The translations under genes were made by a program, and so were the position numbers. Below, one piece after another: positions 63,339 to 64,000 of a stretch of DNA of 64,000 nt. Within the stretch, counting starts at the first letter, position 1; each line of letters starts with the position of its first letter. The notes below the pieces were generated by a model that worked only from the letters and a program-made list of their open reading frames with translations, searched no databases and had not been told where the DNA came from. Source of the DNA: Bdellovibrionota bacterium (GTDB lineage Bacteria; Bdellovibrionota_C; UBA2361; OMII01); assembly GCA_044360075.1 (NCBI GenBank), contig JBIKLA010000005.1, forward strand, positions 84,095 through 148,094, in the 5' to 3' direction.

Positions 63339-64000
63339 GGAAAATCTCCCTCTGAGAGTGTTCGTCCTAGATTATGCATCAGGGATTGGCGGATGTTGAG
63401 TAACGAGGTGCTTTTTTGGCTTGTGCGGAAAGGTGGATGCGGGCTTGTTGAGCGTTTGGGGTTGCAGGTGTCCGATCCTGTTTCTCTCGGGAAGGCTTTC
63501 CGCCCCTGTGCTCCGCCCCTGTACCGGGGGTACTCCACGGCCCACCCGAGCGCCTCTCGTTCCCCGGCCCTGTACCGGGGGTACATCAGTCCTCTCACTG
63601 CGCGTCCGCACTGCATCCCCGCCTCGATGCATGAACCACGTGCATTGATATAAGACGTCACTTGCAGAGGGGGACGAGAAAATGGTCGTCAGAGGCGCAA
63701 AAAGGCAGGGACAGCTTGCCCTGGAGAGCCCCTGATGCAAACGACATACAGAGCGGCGCGCTCACTGAGCTCCGCGGAGCAAAGATATTGTCGGTACGGA
63801 TTAGCCAACAAGTACGTTGGCTAGCTTCGGCATTGATGGAGGATGGAGACCCGGCGGATACCTCAGTGAGGTATATCCCGCGCGCCACTGGCGCCGAATC
63901 TCTCGGGCTTGGCGCATAAGCTTCTTGAAAAATGTGATGAACTGAATTCTCAGGCCTCGCTTTTCTGAAAGGCAGCACGTCTTCATGCCCTTCCGCTTAG

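Overview
This is a high-GC (~60-62%) bacterial chromosomal segment. Gene content (csrA, minCDE, pgpA, ECF sigma) suggests a Gram-negative lineage, possibly delta-proteobacterial or Bdellovibrionota-like. Most of it is housekeeping: ahcY (partial), csrA, mazG, a comF-like PRTase, gpmI, a TPR inner-membrane protein, the minC-minD-minE operon, pgpA, a lipoprotein aminopeptidase, pyrF, an RNase II/R-family enzyme, polA, rplU-rpmA-obg, ald, and folD-gcvT-gcvH-gcvP. Three accessory or unusual stretches stand out. (1) 15.1-21.1 kb: a secreted protein with 10 thrombospondin-type-3-like Ca-binding repeats, then a divergent intergenic region carrying an array of nine GTAGC-N3-GCTAC palindromic motifs with a ~212-bp tandem duplication, immediately upstream of an SF2 DEAH helicase with a ~400-aa uncharacterised C-terminal region. 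(2) 21-30 kb: a co-directional cluster of a TPR-glycosyltransferase, a TPR protein with two fused SAM-methyltransferase domains, an ABC exporter and a PAS-rich hybrid histidine kinase. (3) 42.5-54.4 kb: an envelope glycan / lipid A cluster with GT2, a NodB deacetylase, GT4, an LpxL-like acyltransferase, a GT-C-like membrane protein, and a DegT aminotransferase paired with a Gfo/Idh/MocA oxidoreductase (GnnA/GnnB-like). This cluster is interrupted by a ~2.8-kb low-GC insert (nucleoside deaminase plus DEAD-box helicase) bracketed by ~150-bp imperfect direct repeats derived from the 3' end of the acyltransferase gene. A protein with five tandem ~72-aa helicase-associated (HA)-domain-like repeats and an ECF sigma / anti-sigma module are also present. 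No rRNA, tRNA, CRISPR array, transposase or integrase could be supported. The ORF track uses alternative start codons, so several listed starts were moved to internal ATGs. Many long ORFs antisense to real genes are GC-driven shadows.
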